Source of the DNA: an uncultured Acidobacteriota bacterium
Lineage (GTDB): Bacteria; Acidobacteriota; UBA6911
NCBI GenBank assembly: GCA_963827655.1
Contig: CAWHCF010000046.1
Coordinates: forward strand, 1-64,000
Direction of reading: 5' to 3'
DNA length: 64,000 nt
Positions within the stretch are counted from its first letter, which is position 1. Every line of letters starts with the position of its first letter. Below, one piece after another: positions 61,802 to 64,000 of this stretch. Both the position numbers and the translations under genes were made by a program. Below the pieces are notes generated by a model, which saw nothing but the letters and a program-made list of their open reading frames with translations, ran no database searches and had not been told where the DNA came from.

Positions 61802-64000
61802 CTAAAACGTCAGCCTCAATCCAAGCTGGATCTTTCTCGCGGGAAGCGAGCTTAGAACTCGCCCGAAATTGGGATTGGTATTGATGCCCGCAGTATTGGG
61901 CGTGAAGGTCGTATTGGGGTCGTTGAAGTTTACGGAATTGAAAAGATTGAACGCCTCACCGCGGAATTCCAGATTGACTTCTTCGGTGATTTTCACGTTC
62001 TTGAAGATCGAGAGCGCCACATCGTGTACCCGGCCCGCGTGTCTCGGCAAGGTCCTGGGGATTTTCCTATTACAAAGTTGGCCGGTTTCGGAACGCTTCG
62101 TATTGAACCATCTGGTTCGCTTCTTCGGATCGGCAGAGTCGGGTCGGGGACCATGGCGGGCAAGTTGATACCGGTGAATTTGTGAGATCTTCGACTACAG
62201 GGGACTTCCTGTCTGAAGGCTGACGATGGTATTCACCTGCCACTCCGAAGATATGACCGAGCACGCCGCCGTCTTTCAAGAACCGGCGTTCCGATCCGAA
62301 AGGAGCTCGTAAACCGTGCTGATGACCATCCGCTGGGAAATGTCGCTTTCATCGATGGCGCGATCCTGGCGGCGGTTCAGCCTCCCTACCCGGAATTCAC
62401 CGCCGGCGCCGTTGCCGGCATTGCTCGAGGCGGAATCACTGATCAGCTTCGAGCCCGTGTAGGAAATCATGGCCGCCAGGCCATCTGAGAATCTTCTTTC
62501 AGTGACGAGCTGGAATGAATGATACGTGCTGGCCGCTCCGTGATTCGCGAGCGTGGTGATATTCAAGTAATCGGGAAACGGCCGGAGCAATTGACTGCGC
62601 GCAACGGTCGCGCCCGATAAGGCGCCGGTAGTAATCTGGCCCGAAAACGGATTCGGAACCTGGTCTTGCAGTCTCAGCCCGAGCTCGAAGTTTTTCGGGT
62701 CCAGCTGATTCAGATCGTAATTGGCGCCGAAGAGATGGACGCCGCGATTACCGGCATAGGTGGTTGAGACCAGCCATCGCCATGGAAGCTCACGTTGCAA
62801 GGTCAGGTTCCATTGCTGGACGTACGGTGTAGGAGCCGTCATCGCCTGGAAGCGAACATTCTGACCGCGGAAGGCCGACGGACCTCCGGCGGCGCCCTGG
62901 GGTTGGAGCAAGAACGGAGGGCCTGCGCTGAACTGGAATGCCTTGAACGGGCCCCCTCCCGGAACGATGAAGGTTGTGTCGATGCTGAATCCGAGCGAGT
63001 TTGAGTTGTCTCCCGCAGTGTCCCCGCTCTCCAGCTGGCTGTAAATGATCCCGTAGCCGGCTCGCAGCACCGTTTTTCCATCGCCGGTCACATCGTAGGC
63101 GAAGCCCAATCGCGGGCCGAAGTTGTCTCTGGGGGGTTTGGTGAAATGCCGGTCTTTGGTAACTCCCGCGTACAGCAGAATCCCCGGCATGCGGGTTTCC
63201 GGATTGACAAGAAAGGGATCAAAGTTGGAGTTCCGGTCCCATCGTTCCACCGGTCCCGAGGCCAGATCGTAGCGAAGCCCCAGATTGAGCGTCAGCCTGC
63301 GGCTCGCCTTGAAGTCGTCCTGGATGAAACTTCCGTTCGACCAGCTGTGGAAGGAAAAGAATGGTCTCACGGATTGGCTCCCGCTCGCGACCTCTCCTAG
63401 CAGGAACGTCGCCGTTCCGAATCCTGTTCCTGGGGGTTGCAGGGGATTGTTGGTCAGACTACCGGCGAAAGTGAAATTACCGGAAGGATTGACCCGGTTC
63501 ACAAAGTTAAGCCGTATCCAGCGCTGATCGGTCCCGATCTTGATGACATGCCGGCCCCGGGTGATCGTCAGGCTATCGGAAAGCTGAATCGTATGCTGAC
63601 GGCGATGCCCTCCCGCGAATCCTCCACGCGCGGACCCTATGGTCAGGATGCCGTCAACGTTGATCGGCGGAAAGGCATCCTGCGGGATGATGGGAGGGAA
63701 ACCCAGTTGGGACGGCCAGTCCTGATCGAAACTCGGATGCTGGAAAACCAGGTATTGGCGCGTTGCATTGGCGCGAAAATCGTTAAGAATTGTAGGCGAG
63801 AAAACGTGCGTCTCGCCCAGGATGAAATTGTGATTGTCGCGCTGGTCGTCGCGCGCGTCGGTGTCGGCGGGACCCAATCCCCAGGCGCGGTTCATGCGCG
63901 TGTTTCTCGTGCCGCTGTAACGCCCGAACAACCGATCCTTGCTGCCCAGGTTGTGGTCAATCCGCACGCTGAACTCGCCCTGGTCGGTGGGAAAACCTTG
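61802..64000 (-). CDS. TonB-dependent receptor, C-terminal part (runs off window; frameshifts at 62050-62290)
   Basis: RIDHNLG, FIQDDFK..LTLNLGLRYD, NFGPRLGFAY, C-terminal ARKIQLGLRLTF. Confidence 0.9.

Overview
This looks like a chromosomal window from an Acidobacteriota-like bacterium. The inference rests on five carboxypeptidase-regulatory/TonB-dependent receptors, a PadR + ADOP permease pair, a wHTH-TPR regulator and a Ser/Thr kinase-PD40 gene. Many genes, including the essential leuS, are broken by single-base frameshifts, which most likely reflects long-read indel error. I found no rRNA, tRNA or CRISPR array. Four things stand out. (1) A 3.3-kb mobile element (7709-10991) encodes a Cys-rich protein, a replication-type winged-helix protein and two tandem tyrosine recombinases. 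It has 13-bp terminal inverted repeats, a 7-bp flanking direct repeat and three iteron-like repeats spaced about 70 bp apart, and it sits inside the terminal repeat of a MITE. One base difference in its right end removes the recombinase stop codon and fuses it in frame to a host amidohydrolase. (2) About 19 copies of an oriented, 9-mer-periodic intergenic repeat repeatedly bracket 1-2 gene modules as forward...reverse pairs, like cassettes. (3) An apparent single FHA-FHA / TM / multiheme c / TM / 2x[Fe-S] / FAD-oxidoreductase polypeptide lies at the left edge. (4) A high-GC PadR-ADOP island is bounded by heptamer-repeat hairpins, one of which is split by a decayed IS4.
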